Below, in pieces: positions 54,519 to 63,402 of a stretch of DNA of 64,000 nt (position 1 is its first letter; the number at the start of each line of letters is the position of its first letter). The position numbers were made by a program, and so were the translations under genes. Origin of the DNA: Candidatus Omnitrophota bacterium. GTDB lineage: Bacteria > Omnitrophota > Gorgyraeia > Gygaellales > Profunditerraquicolaceae. The stretch is from the NCBI GenBank assembly GCA_028712255.1, contig JAQTQJ010000005.1:20950-84949 (forward strand), written 5' to 3'. The notes beneath the pieces were generated by a model. It saw only the letters and a list, made by a program, of their open reading frames with translations, searched no databases and was not told where the DNA came from.

Positions 54519-55688
54519 ATGAAAGATCTTATTTCAAAAAAAGTTCAAGTTATGCAGCCATCCGGAATTCGGGCGTTCTTTGATTTAGTGCTTGGGATGA
54601 AGGATGTTATATCTTTGGGCGTAGGTGAGCCGGATTTTGTTACTCCTTGGCAGATTCGTGAAGCGGGAGTTTATTCTCTGGAGCAGGGGTTTACCAGTTA
54701 TACCTCAAATAAGGGGTTGTATAAACTGCGTTTGGGGATCAGCCGTTTTTTAAAAAATAAATATGGTTTAGATTATTGCCCGGATGAAGAAATATTAATT
54801 ACGGTAGGAGTTAGTGAAGGTTTGGATTTGCTCATGCGGGCGATAATTAACCCCGGTGATAAAATACTGGTTCCACAGCCAAGTTATGTTTCATATGGGC
54901 CGATTACAGAGCTTGCAGGGGGTACTCCGATTTATATCGATACTTCCAAAGATGGTTTTAAAATTACCCCTAAACTTTTGGAAAAACATATTGATAAGAA
55001 AACCAAAGGAATTGTTTTGAATTATCCCACTAATCCTACTGGAGTTTCTTATCGGCGTAAGGAATTAGAAGAGATAAATAAAGTTTTATTGAAGCATAAA
55101 ATACTTTGTATCAGCGACGAGGTTTATGGCGATTTAACCTACGATTTTGAACATGTTGCTTTTTCGACTTTGTCTGGAGCAAAGAAAAATACGGTTTATT
55201 TTAACGGATTTTCCAAATCCTATGCGATGACCGGCTGGCGGGTGGGTTTTGCTTGCGGCCCGAAAGAGATTATCGCGGCGATGACCAAGATTCATCAGTA
55301 TACGATTATGTGCGTGCCAATTACCAGCCAAATGGCAGCGGCAGAAGCTTTGATTAGCGGCGCAAGATCAGTTGAGCAGATGAAACGCGAATATAATCGC
55401 CGGAGAGAGCTTATGGTATTTGAGTTAAATTCTTTAGGATTAAAATGTTCTCGGCCGCAAGGGGCTTTCTATGTTTTTCCTTGTATTAAAAGTACAGGAT
55501 TAAGTTCAATTGAATTTTCGCGCAAGCTGCTGGAAGAAGAAAAGGTGGCGGTTGTTCCAGGCACGGCTTTTGGTACAAGCGCAGAAGGTTATATTAGAAT
55601 CTCTTATGCTTCTAGTATGGATAATTTAAAAGAAGCTTTAGTTCGCGTGAGGAGATTCTTGGATAAAATAAAACTTAAACCTAGGTAG
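54519..55688 (+). CDS. Class I/II PLP-dependent aminotransferase (aspartate aminotransferase-like).
   Basis: PLP-lysine motif FNGFSKSYAMTGWRVGF. Confidence 0.85.
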   Translation: MKDLISKKVQVMQPSGIRAFFDLVLGMKDVISLGVGEPDFVTPWQIREAGVYSLEQGFTSYTSNKGLYKLRLGISRFLKNKYGLDYCPDEEILITVGVSEGLDLLMRAIINPGDKILVPQPSYVSYGPITELAGGTPIYIDTSKDGFKITPKLLEKHIDKKTKGIVLNYPTNPTGVSYRRKELEEINKVLLKHKILCISDEVYGDLTYDFEHVAFSTLSGAKKNTVYFNGFSKSYAMTGWRVGFACGPKEIIAAMTKIHQYTIMCVPITSQMAAAEALISGARSVEQMKREYNRRRELMVFELNSLGLKCSRPQGAFYVFPCIKSTGLSSIEFSRKLLEEEKVAVVPGTAFGTSAEGYIRISYASSMDNLKEALVRVRRFLDKIKLKPR

Positions 55689-55692
55689 TAAA

Positions 55693-56190
55693 ATGTTCAT
55701 CTATGAAGATATCTTACGTGAATTTCAAAAACATAAAATTCAATATATCGTTATCGGCGGTATTGCTGTTAATTTGCATGGGGCCTTAAGAAGTACTGCT
55801 GATTTGGATATAATGCTTGAAATGAGCGAGGATAATCTTAAGAATTGTTTAATTATTCTGAAAAGAAACAATTACCGCAGCAAACAACCTATTGATTGGA
55901 TTCAGATAGCTGATAAAAAAACTAGAGAATATTTAATACGAAAGAAGAATTTAAAAGCGGTGAATTTCTATAAAAATAGTAGTTTTGAGGAAGTCGATAT
56001 AATAATAGAGGCGCCGTTTACTTTTGGAGAAGCAAGAAATGATATTATTTGGGTTAGGAGCGGGAGCATAAGAATACCATTGTTATCAATTGATGGTTTG
56101 ATTAAAATGAAAAAAAAAGCGGGACGTATTGTTGATAAGCTTGATATAGACGCATTAAAGCGGATAAAAAGATTAAGGGTGAACGCATGA
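55693..56190 (+). CDS. Nucleotidyltransferase-fold protein, possibly the toxin/antitoxin-type minimal NTase.
   Basis: YIVIGGIAVNLHGALRSTADLDIM resembles the GS...D.D NTase motif. Confidence 0.45.
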   Translation: MFIYEDILREFQKHKIQYIVIGGIAVNLHGALRSTADLDIMLEMSEDNLKNCLIILKRNNYRSKQPIDWIQIADKKTREYLIRKKNLKAVNFYKNSSFEEVDIIIEAPFTFGEARNDIIWVRSGSIRIPLLSIDGLIKMKKKAGRIVDKLDIDALKRIKRLRVNA

Positions 56191-56345
56191 TTTTTAAATG
56201 GGAGAGTGAAGATGAACGTATTCTCAGGTTCATAAGTATTCCTGTAAAAAAGAAGCTAGAGTGGCTTTATGAAATGAATAAGTTTTTAAATAATTTTTCT
56301 TCGGTAAAAATTAGAAAAATTAGGCAGAAGCTAAGGGAATCTTAA
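56187..56345 (+). CDS. Small ORF of 52 aa that overlaps the stop of the NTase gene (ATGA). Possible partner protein.
   Basis: Hand-translated as MIFKWESEDERILRFISIPVKKKLEWLYEMNKFLNNFSSVKIRKIRQKLRES. Below the ORF-track size cut-off. Confidence 0.3.
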   Translation: MIFKWESEDERILRFISIPVKKKLEWLYEMNKFLNNFSSVKIRKIRQKLRES

Positions 56346-56360
56346 ATATTAGGAGAATAG

Positions 56361-57083
56361 ATGGTGGTGAAAAAGAAGGAAAATTATGAAATATACGTAA
56401 AACAGATCGAGGCTATTTCAAAAGTGGCGAATTTGCTTACCTCGGGAATGTATTTGGAGGAAATTTTACGTTTAGTGGTGCAGGTTACCGCTGAAATTAT
56501 GAATTCTAAAATTTCTTCTTTAATGCTGCTTGACCCGGAGAAAAAAGAGCTGGTGGTTAAAGCTACCCAATCAATATCCGAGGCATATAATAAGAAGCCG
56601 AATATCCGTTTAGGCCAGGGGATAGCCGGCGCGGTGGCACAGGAGAACAAGCCGATGTGTATCTTGGATATTAAGACCGATGCGCGCTACCTGAACCAGG
56701 ATATTGCTAGAAAAGAGGGTCTTTGTTCTTTAGCCTGCGTTCCGCTGGCAGTCAAGGGAAGAGTTATTGGAGTGCTTAATTGTTATACTTCTAAAAAGCA
56801 TAAATTTTCCAAGCATGAATTGGATCTTCTGACGGCTTTGGCTAATCAGGCAGCCATTGCTATTGAAAACGCAGAGCTTGATTTACGCGCGCGCTCCGCA
56901 GAGGAGGCTCTTACCATCCGTAAATTAGTCGAACGGGCAAAGGATATTCTGTCTCAGGAAGCTAATATTTTGCCTTCAGAGGCTTATCGGCTGATTCAAA
57001 AGCAAAGCATGGATATGCGTAAATCCATGCGTGAAGTGGCAGAAGCCATAATTCTAGCTAAAGATATTAGAGGTAAGAGGTAG
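56361..57083 (+). CDS. GAF-ANTAR regulator (RNA-binding antitermination regulator with a GAF sensor domain).
   Basis: C-terminal ANTAR signature IRKLVERAKDILSQEANILPSEAYRLIQKQSMDMRKSMREVAEAII. N-terminal GAF-like domain. Confidence 0.75.
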   Translation: MVVKKKENYEIYVKQIEAISKVANLLTSGMYLEEILRLVVQVTAEIMNSKISSLMLLDPEKKELVVKATQSISEAYNKKPNIRLGQGIAGAVAQENKPMCILDIKTDARYLNQDIARKEGLCSLACVPLAVKGRVIGVLNCYTSKKHKFSKHELDLLTALANQAAIAIENAELDLRARSAEEALTIRKLVERAKDILSQEANILPSEAYRLIQKQSMDMRKSMREVAEAIILAKDIRGKR

Positions 57084-57114
57084 TTATAGGAGAGGTTGAG
57101 CTGGCTTACAATTC

Positions 57115-57762
57115 ATGGAATTTTTCCCAAAGTTAATCGATGTATTACTTCATTTTAATACCTACCTTAGTGTTTTAATCCAGCAGTGCGGTTTGTGGAC
57201 ATATCTTATACTTTTTGGGGTTATTTTTGCGGAGACCGGATTTGTGGTAACGCCGTTTCTGCCCGGGGATTCGCTTCTTTTTGTGTTAGGCGCTTTTTCC
57301 GCCCAAGGAACATTTAATCCTTTTGTTTTGTCCGGAATTCTCATGTTTGCGGCGATTTTAGGCGATAGTGTCAATTATGCTATCGGGAAATATTTAGGAA
57401 ATCGGCTGATTTCCGCTAGACACATCCCTTTTTTTAAGAAAGAACATTTGGACCGGACCCACCATTTCTATAAAAAGTATGGCGGCAAAACAATTATTTT
57501 AGCCAGGTTTATACCTATAGTAAGGATGTTTGCTCCGTTTATCGCAGGTATCGTGCGTATGGATTATGCCAAATTCTTTATCTATAATGTAATAGGGGGC
57601 ATATTATGGGTAGCAATCTTTGTGTTTGGAGGTTTTTATTTCGGAAATATTCCTATTGTGAAAGAAAATTTTTCTGTAGTTACGCTACTAATTATTAGTA
57701 TCTCGATAATACCGGTTATAGTTGAATTTATTAAAGCGAGAAGAAAAAAGAATTTACCTTGA
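57115..57762 (+). CDS. DedA/SNARE-associated family membrane protein.
   Basis: PGDSLLF and ARFIPIVRMFAPFIAGIV motifs. Confidence 0.8.
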   Translation: MEFFPKLIDVLLHFNTYLSVLIQQCGLWTYLILFGVIFAETGFVVTPFLPGDSLLFVLGAFSAQGTFNPFVLSGILMFAAILGDSVNYAIGKYLGNRLISARHIPFFKKEHLDRTHHFYKKYGGKTIILARFIPIVRMFAPFIAGIVRMDYAKFFIYNVIGGILWVAIFVFGGFYFGNIPIVKENFSVVTLLIISISIIPVIVEFIKARRKKNLP

Positions 57763-57997
57763 CAGTAGTAAAAGGTATGGTATGCTTTAATTAGATTACA
57801 GCGTTGTAGTAAAAGACACAGAAGTCTTCTAGGCGGTTAGGTTTGCTTAGGAGGCTTTTTGTTGGTCAGGACTAAGGCGTCCTTACCCGATAAAAGGGTG
57901 AGGACGTTTTTTATTGTACGGGAGATTAGTATATCTAGTAGGGACTGTCCCACGACAAGTTAAGTATAATTTGCTGCTAACGAAAAAAGGAATAGCA

Positions 57998-58519
57998 ATG
58001 AGTTTTGAGGAGCTGTATCATAAATTATCGCCAACAATTAAGCGGATTGCCTATAAGTTAAACGGACGCTACCGTTCCTTTAACCATGATGATCTGTACC
58101 AAGAGGCTTCAATCCACCTTTGGAGTAATTTCTTAAAAGGGAAACTTAACGATAAAACTGATAGCTATATTTTACAGGGGTGTTATTTTCACTTGAGGAA
58201 CCATATTCGAAAAGTAAATGAGTATTCCAATATTATTAGTATTGATACTCACCTGAGCACGAATGAGAAATCAACCATAGAGGATATTTTGGGTAAATTT
58301 TGGTCTTGTCCTGATTGCCGGGAAGATTTACACAATAAGTTTCTGGCGCAAAATATCCAAAATAACGGTTTTAGCCCAAGAGAGAAAAAGCTGCTTGCTT
58401 ATTTTAGCCAGGGCTTAACTACCAGGGATATAGGTAATCGTATGGGGATATCTCATGTTAGCGTAGTTAAGATGATGCAAAAAGTTAGAGCTAAGGCAAA
58501 AAAACATTTAGATAGATAA
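57998..58519 (+). CDS. Sigma-70 family (ECF-like) sigma factor. Start moved to ATG 57998, which has an aagga RBS.
   Basis: Region-2-like DLYQEASIHLW. Region-4 HTH LTTRDIGNRMGISHVSVVKMMQKVRAKAKK. Confidence 0.6.
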   Translation: MSFEELYHKLSPTIKRIAYKLNGRYRSFNHDDLYQEASIHLWSNFLKGKLNDKTDSYILQGCYFHLRNHIRKVNEYSNIISIDTHLSTNEKSTIEDILGKFWSCPDCREDLHNKFLAQNIQNNGFSPREKKLLAYFSQGLTTRDIGNRMGISHVSVVKMMQKVRAKAKKHLDR

Positions 58520-58588
58520 TATCCTTCGTCTCTAGATAAAAACTTATTGTAGACTCAGGATAAATTTTGCTTGGCAAAATTTAATTTG

Positions 58589-58618
58589 GTTACCAGATTT
58601 AGTTATTCTTTACTTGTA
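58589..58618 (+). promoter_or_regulatory. Promoter-like motif GTTACC-N16-TACTTGTA, upstream of the OM-protein/amt/glnB unit.
   Basis: The same bipartite motif with identical spacing recurs at 61394-61423 and 63403-63432. Confidence 0.5.
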
Positions 58619-58656
58619 GTAATGTAAAACACATTGAAGTGTAAGATTTAAACAAC

Positions 58657-58686
58657 GGCGTTCTATGAAAATAGAGCGCCTTTTTT
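58657..58686 (+). terminator. Leader intrinsic-terminator-like hairpin (ggcgttctat gaaa atagagcgcc + TTTTTT) between the promoter motif and the OM-protein gene.
   Basis: 10-bp stem followed by a T6 tract. Further hairpin/T-tract structures at about 58697-58716 and 58770-58800. Confidence 0.45.
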
Positions 58687-58841
58687 GTTTTAACCAGACG
58701 CAGGCGTCTTTTGCCCAACAAGGGCACACCCGCGCAATTCCTTATAAGCGCGGGGTGTTACTGAGAGGGGTTTAGAAAGGCGCTTTTTGTTTTTAAAAGC
58801 AATTTAAGCGCAACACGGGCATAATAATAAAAAGGAGAAAA

Positions 58842-59642
58842 ATGCGAAAATTATCAATGATTTTGTTTTTTCTGTTTTCTGTCCTCTGTTTTCTGTTCTC
58901 TGTATGTTATGCAACACCTTCAACGCTTATTTGGGCTCCTTCAACCGATATTCAACCTTATGGTTTGATCCATTTAACCGTAGATAACTACACGCCGGTT
59001 AAGAGCAGGGATCATAATGATAATCAGCTTTATGTTCAACAAGTTTATGGACCAACTTTTAGTTTGTTATCCAATAAGCCGGAAGATAACTTTTTAGGTA
59101 AATTTTGGTCGCCTTTAGGTAAAATAATGGCAGAGACTGGTTTTGATTACAAAAAGGGTTTTGGCTCCATACTGGACAAGTGGCCGGTATATTTTCATTT
59201 TAAATTCGGCGTACCTGAAAGCGCCTATTTTAACTATATGCCTGCATTTGCAATCGGTGTATATGATATGGGTTATAAGCATAATTTTACCAATAACAAT
59301 GTTTGGTACTTGAGGGCAGCAAAAACTGCTTCTATAGGTAAGTTTAATTTAGGTAGGTTCTCTGTCGGTTATTTTAACGGTAATGGCAGGACTTTGCGGG
59401 ATAAAAATGGAGAGCGTGATAATTCCGGGCCGATGATTGCTTGGGAACGCACGATTTCAGAGATAAGTGACAGGCTTTGGTTATGTGTGGATTATCAGGG
59501 AACGCAGTCATCTTACGGCGCGCTTAATTACGGATTTGCCTGGAAGTTTACGAATAATATCGTAGCGATACTTGCATATGATGTTTATAATAATCCGAAT
59601 TCAAAAAATACCGTAACGTTTCAGTTAGATGTTGATTTTTAA
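58842..59642 (+). CDS. Putative outer-membrane/secreted protein encoded upstream of amt.
   Basis: Signal peptide MRKLSMILFFLFSVLCFLFSVCYA. Aromatic-rich beta-strand-like pattern. C-terminal DVDF. Confidence 0.4.
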   Translation: MRKLSMILFFLFSVLCFLFSVCYATPSTLIWAPSTDIQPYGLIHLTVDNYTPVKSRDHNDNQLYVQQVYGPTFSLLSNKPEDNFLGKFWSPLGKIMAETGFDYKKGFGSILDKWPVYFHFKFGVPESAYFNYMPAFAIGVYDMGYKHNFTNNNVWYLRAAKTASIGKFNLGRFSVGYFNGNGRTLRDKNGERDNSGPMIAWERTISEISDRLWLCVDYQGTQSSYGALNYGFAWKFTNNIVAILAYDVYNNPNSKNTVTFQLDVDF

Positions 59643-59657
59643 CATAGGAGGAGCCAA

Positions 59658-60884
59658 ATGAATTCAGGTGATACAGCATGGGTTTTAATTTCATCAGCCC
59701 TTGTTTTACTGATGACTCCCGGCCTTGCTTTTTTCTACGGAGGCATGGTGCGGCGCAAAAATGTTTTAAGTGTTTTGATGCAATGTTTTATTATCATGTG
59801 TGTTTTAAGCCTTCAGTGGGTTTTGGTTGGTTATAGCCTATCTTTTCATCCGGGAAATGGATTTTGGGGAGGTTTACAATGGATGGGTTTAAATGGAGTA
59901 GGTTTAGAGCCTTACGCGGACTACGCAGGGTCAATACCACATCAAGCGTTTATGGTCTTTCAAGGGATGTTTGCCATAATTACACCGGCTTTGATTATTG
60001 GCGCGTTTGCCGAAAGGATGAAATTTTCCGCGTTTTTGATTTTTACTTTGCTTTGGGCAACGTTTGTTTATGATCCTTTATGCCACTGGGTTTGGGGAAT
60101 GGGTGGTTGGTTAAGAAATTTAGGCGCTTTGGATTTTGCCGGAGGTACGGTTGTGCATATCAATGCCGGTATTGCAGCTTTGGTTACGGCAATCGTATTA
60201 GGTAAAAGAAGTAACCTGGATAAAAATGTTCCTACGCCGCATAACATGCCTTTTGTGGTTTTAGGCACAGTGCTTTTGTGGTTTGGTTGGTTTGGTTTTA
60301 ATGCCGGCAGTGCGTTAGCGGCAAACGGCTTAGCGGTAAATGCGTTTGTGGTAACTAATACCGCAGCAGCGGCTGCGGGTTTAGCTTGGGCTTTGATCGA
60401 ATGGATGCATAATGGAAAGCCTACCATTTTTGGTGTCTGTTCTGGTGCAGTCGCAGGCTTAGTCGCGATTACTCCTGCAGCAGGTTTTGTGGGTGTAATT
60501 GGAGCTATAGTTATTGGTTTATTGGTGAGTGTAGTTTGTTTTATTGCCGTGACTGTAATCAAGCCGCTTTTTGGTTATGATGATTCTTTGGATGCATTTG
60601 GCGTACACTGTGTAGGAGGAATCTGGGGGGCGTTAGCTACAGGATTATTTGCTTCTAAGCTGATTAATCCTGCTGGAGCCAATGGGTTATTTTTTGGTAA
60701 TCCTAAACAATTCCTGACACAGGCTTTAGCTGTAGGTGTAACCATTGTTTATACAGGAGTTGTAACCTTTATTATTTATAAATTAGTGGATATTTTTATT
60801 GGGGTTAGGGTTGATGAGAAGTCAGAAGCTATAGGTCTTGACCTTACCCAGCATCGTGAGAGGGCATATACGATACTTGAATGA
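59658..60884 (+). CDS. amt: Ammonium transporter, copy 1.
   Basis: DFAGGTVVHINAGIAALV Amt signature. 11 TM helices. Confidence 0.9.
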   Translation: MNSGDTAWVLISSALVLLMTPGLAFFYGGMVRRKNVLSVLMQCFIIMCVLSLQWVLVGYSLSFHPGNGFWGGLQWMGLNGVGLEPYADYAGSIPHQAFMVFQGMFAIITPALIIGAFAERMKFSAFLIFTLLWATFVYDPLCHWVWGMGGWLRNLGALDFAGGTVVHINAGIAALVTAIVLGKRSNLDKNVPTPHNMPFVVLGTVLLWFGWFGFNAGSALAANGLAVNAFVVTNTAAAAAGLAWALIEWMHNGKPTIFGVCSGAVAGLVAITPAAGFVGVIGAIVIGLLVSVVCFIAVTVIKPLFGYDDSLDAFGVHCVGGIWGALATGLFASKLINPAGANGLFFGNPKQFLTQALAVGVTIVYTGVVTFIIYKLVDIFIGVRVDEKSEAIGLDLTQHRERAYTILE

Positions 60885-60885
60885 A

Positions 60886-60952
60886 AGCTCTAAGCCATAA
60901 GCCGTAAGCGGCAAGTTTTAAGCTTACAGCTTATAACTTAAAACTTAGAGCT
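60886..60952 (+). repeat. Family III palindromic element between amt1 and glnB1. An exact second copy lies at 62910-62976.
   Basis: agctctaagccataagccgtaagcggcaagttttaagcttacagcttataacttaaaacttagagct. The outer agctctaag/cttagagct and inner gtaagc/gcttac arms are inverted repeats. Confidence 0.65.
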
Positions 60953-60974
60953 AGAGTTTACAAAGGAGGATAAT

Positions 60975-61316
60975 ATGAAACTAGTGATTGCTATAATTCA
61001 ACCGTATAAGCTAGAAGAAGTAAAGGAGGAGCTGTATAAGGTAGAAGTAAACCTGATTACCGTAAGCGAAGTTTTAGGCCATGGCCGCCAGAAAGGTATC
61101 ACTGAAGTCTACCGCGGTTCTAAAGAAACCGGGAATCTCCTGCGAAAAATCCGCCTTGAGATTGCCGTAAACGATAATTATCTTGAACCGACAATCAAGG
61201 CAATTGTTAAAGGCGCCAAAACCGGTGAAACCGGAGATGGAAAAATATTTGTCCTCGATCTTAAAGAATGCATCCGTATCCGCACTGAAGAACGCGGGGC
61301 AGTGGCGATAGGGTAG
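60975..61316 (+). CDS. glnB: P-II nitrogen regulatory protein, copy 1.
   Basis: GHGRQKG and TGETGDGKIFV P-II motifs. T-loop YRGS. Confidence 0.9.
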   Translation: MKLVIAIIQPYKLEEVKEELYKVEVNLITVSEVLGHGRQKGITEVYRGSKETGNLLRKIRLEIAVNDNYLEPTIKAIVKGAKTGETGDGKIFVLDLKECIRIRTEERGAVAIG

Positions 61317-61393
61317 GAATTAGAGATCCTTCGTCTGTAGATAAAAGCTTATTGTGGACTCAGGATAAATTTTGCTTCGCAAAATTTAATTTA

Positions 61394-61423
61394 AGTTACC
61401 AAAACAGGTAGTTGTTTACTTGT
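61394..61423 (+). promoter_or_regulatory. Promoter-like motif GTTACC-N16-TACTTGTA, upstream of amt copy 2.
   Basis: See 58589-58618. Confidence 0.5.
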
Positions 61424-61481
61424 ACTATTATAGATTAATATAAGCACACAGTAGTGTTTATATTGAAGAAGCGCAATGTAA

Positions 61482-61525
61482 GCGCCAATACGGTTTATAA
61501 AATAACCGTAAAGGCGCTTTTTTTT
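61482..61525 (+). terminator. Leader terminator-like nested hairpin (gcgcc...acggtt/aaccgt...ggcgc + T8) upstream of amt copy 2.
   Basis: GC stem followed by TTTTTTTT. Confidence 0.45.
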
Positions 61526-61681
61526 CGCCAGAAATCGTGGCGAATCCGCCATGTATTATGGCGGAATTTACTTACCCTATTTTTACGCAATTGGTTATCC
61601 AGTTGAGCAAATTAATCGAAACAGTTTCCAGCCCAATCGGGAAATGGGGTTTAAGAGAAGAAACTATTTATGGGAGGTGAG

Positions 61682-62908
61682 ATGATTAATCAAGCGGATA
61701 CGTTGTTTGTTCTGATGTCGGCGGCGTTTGTAATGCTGATGACTCCCGGCCTTGCTTTTTTCTACGGAGGCATGGTCAGGCGCAAGAATATTTTAAGCGT
61801 TTTAATGCAATGTTTTGTTGCTTTATGTCTGTTGTCTTTACAATGGATAATTTTTGGTTATAGCCTATCTTTTGCTCCAGGAAATGGGTTTTGGGGAGGC
61901 CTTAGTTGGTTTGGTTTAAACGGAGTGGGGGCAGCTCCTTATGCGGGTTATTCTGTGACTATTCCGCATCAGGCATTTATGGTTTTTCAGATGATGTTTG
62001 CTGTTATAACTCCAGCGCTTATTATTGGTGCTTTTGCCGAAAGGATGAAGTTTTCGGCTTTCTTAGTTTTCACCCTACTTTGGGCAACCTTTGTTTATGA
62101 TCCTTTGTGTCACTGGATTTGGGGAGTAGGAGGTTGGCTTAGAAACCTTGGCGTGCTTGATTTTGCCGGAGGTATTGTTGTGCATACTAGCGCCGGAATT
62201 GCAGCTTTAGTTTCTACTATTATCATTGGTAAAAGAAAGAACTTGGAGCATACACCGTCTCCACATAACCTCCCTTTTGTAGTTTTAGGAACTGCGCTTT
62301 TATGGTTTGGCTGGTATGGTTTTAATGCCGGCAGCGCTTTGGCGGTAAATGGAATTGCAGTAAGCGCTTTTATTGCTACTAATACTGCTGCAGCCGCAGC
62401 CGGTTTAAGCTGGGCGTTCTTGGAGTGGATACGTAATGGCAAACCTACGGTTTTTGGTATTGTAACCGGTTCGATTGCTGGGCTTGCCACTGTTACTCCT
62501 GCTTCGGGATTTGTAAGCCCGATTTCAGCAATTATTATCGGTATTGCTGCCAGTATAATTTGTTTTATCGCGGTTGCAGTAACTAAACCGCGGTTTGGTT
62601 ATGATGATTCTTTGGATGCCTTCGGCGTGCATGGCGTAGGAGGAATACTGGGTACGCTTTTAACCGGGGTATTGGCTTCTAAAGCAATAAATCCGGCAGG
62701 AGCGGACGGTTTATTATATGGTAATCCTAAGCAGTTACTTATACAATTATTGGCGGTTACGGTTGCAGTAAGCTATACTTTTATTGCTACTTTTATTATT
62801 TATAAGCTCGTAGATATTTTCTTTAGGATGCGTGTAAGTGAGAAAGATGAGCTGGTCGGTCTTGACCTTACCCAGCATCGTGAGAGGGCATATACGATAC
62901 TTGAATGA
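61682..62908 (+). CDS. amt: Ammonium transporter, copy 2. Start set at ATG 61682, which has a ggaggtgag RBS.
   Basis: About 80% identical to copy 1. DFAGGIVVHTSAGIAALV. Confidence 0.9.
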   Translation: MINQADTLFVLMSAAFVMLMTPGLAFFYGGMVRRKNILSVLMQCFVALCLLSLQWIIFGYSLSFAPGNGFWGGLSWFGLNGVGAAPYAGYSVTIPHQAFMVFQMMFAVITPALIIGAFAERMKFSAFLVFTLLWATFVYDPLCHWIWGVGGWLRNLGVLDFAGGIVVHTSAGIAALVSTIIIGKRKNLEHTPSPHNLPFVVLGTALLWFGWYGFNAGSALAVNGIAVSAFIATNTAAAAAGLSWAFLEWIRNGKPTVFGIVTGSIAGLATVTPASGFVSPISAIIIGIAASIICFIAVAVTKPRFGYDDSLDAFGVHGVGGILGTLLTGVLASKAINPAGADGLLYGNPKQLLIQLLAVTVAVSYTFIATFIIYKLVDIFFRMRVSEKDELVGLDLTQHRERAYTILE

Positions 62909-62998
62909 AAGCTCTAAGCCATAAGCCGTAAGCGGCAAGTTTTAAGCTTACAGCTTATAACTTAAAACTTAGAGCTAGAGTTTACAAAGGAGGATAAT

Positions 62999-63340
62999 AT
63001 GAAACTAGTGATTGCTATAATTCAACCGTATAAGCTAGAAGAAGTAAAGGAGGAGCTGTATAAGGTAGAAGTAAACCTGATTACCGTAAGCGAAGTTTTA
63101 GGCCATGGCCGCCAGAAAGGTATCACTGAAGTCTACCGCGGTTCTAAAGAAACCGGGAATCTCCTGCGAAAAATCCGCCTTGAGATTGCCGTAAACGATA
63201 ATTATCTTGAACCGACAATCAAGGCAATTGTTAAAGGCGCCAAAACCGGTGAAACCGGAGATGGAAAAATATTTGTCCTCGATCTTAAAGAATGCATCCG
63301 TATCCGCACTGAAGAACGCGGGGCAGTGGCGATAGGGTAG
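62999..63340 (+). CDS. glnB: P-II nitrogen regulatory protein, copy 2. Identical nucleotide sequence to copy 1.
   Basis: Exact duplicate of 60975-61316. Confidence 0.9.
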   Translation: MKLVIAIIQPYKLEEVKEELYKVEVNLITVSEVLGHGRQKGITEVYRGSKETGNLLRKIRLEIAVNDNYLEPTIKAIVKGAKTGETGDGKIFVLDLKECIRIRTEERGAVAIG

Positions 63341-63345
63341 GAAAA

Positions 63346-63391
63346 CCAGGTGACGGTTCTCTTTCTTAAGAGAACCGTCACCTGGTTTTTA
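63346..63391 (+). terminator. Rho-independent terminator / REP-like hairpin ccaggtgacggttctc-tttcttaa-gagaaccgtcacctgg + TTTTT.
   Basis: Perfect 16-bp stem followed by a T-tract. Member of the GGGGACGGTTC hairpin family. Confidence 0.7.
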
Positions 63392-63402
63392 AGAAGATTG
63401 AA

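Noticed and set aside
58553-58600. Possible sigma54 promoter in ttttgcttggcaaaatttaatttgg upstream of the nitrogen genes.
   Set aside because: It does not fit GG-N10-GC spacing or the TGGCAC/TTGCA consensus. The sequence is better explained as a hairpin (aaattttgc/gcaaaattt) whose loop varies between copies.
58880-58915. Direct repeat ttttctgttttctgtcctctgttttctgttctctg in the signal peptide of the OM-protein gene.
   Set aside because: It encodes the hydrophobic core of a signal peptide (FLFSVLCFLFSV). This is most likely a small in-frame slippage duplication of no regulatory significance.
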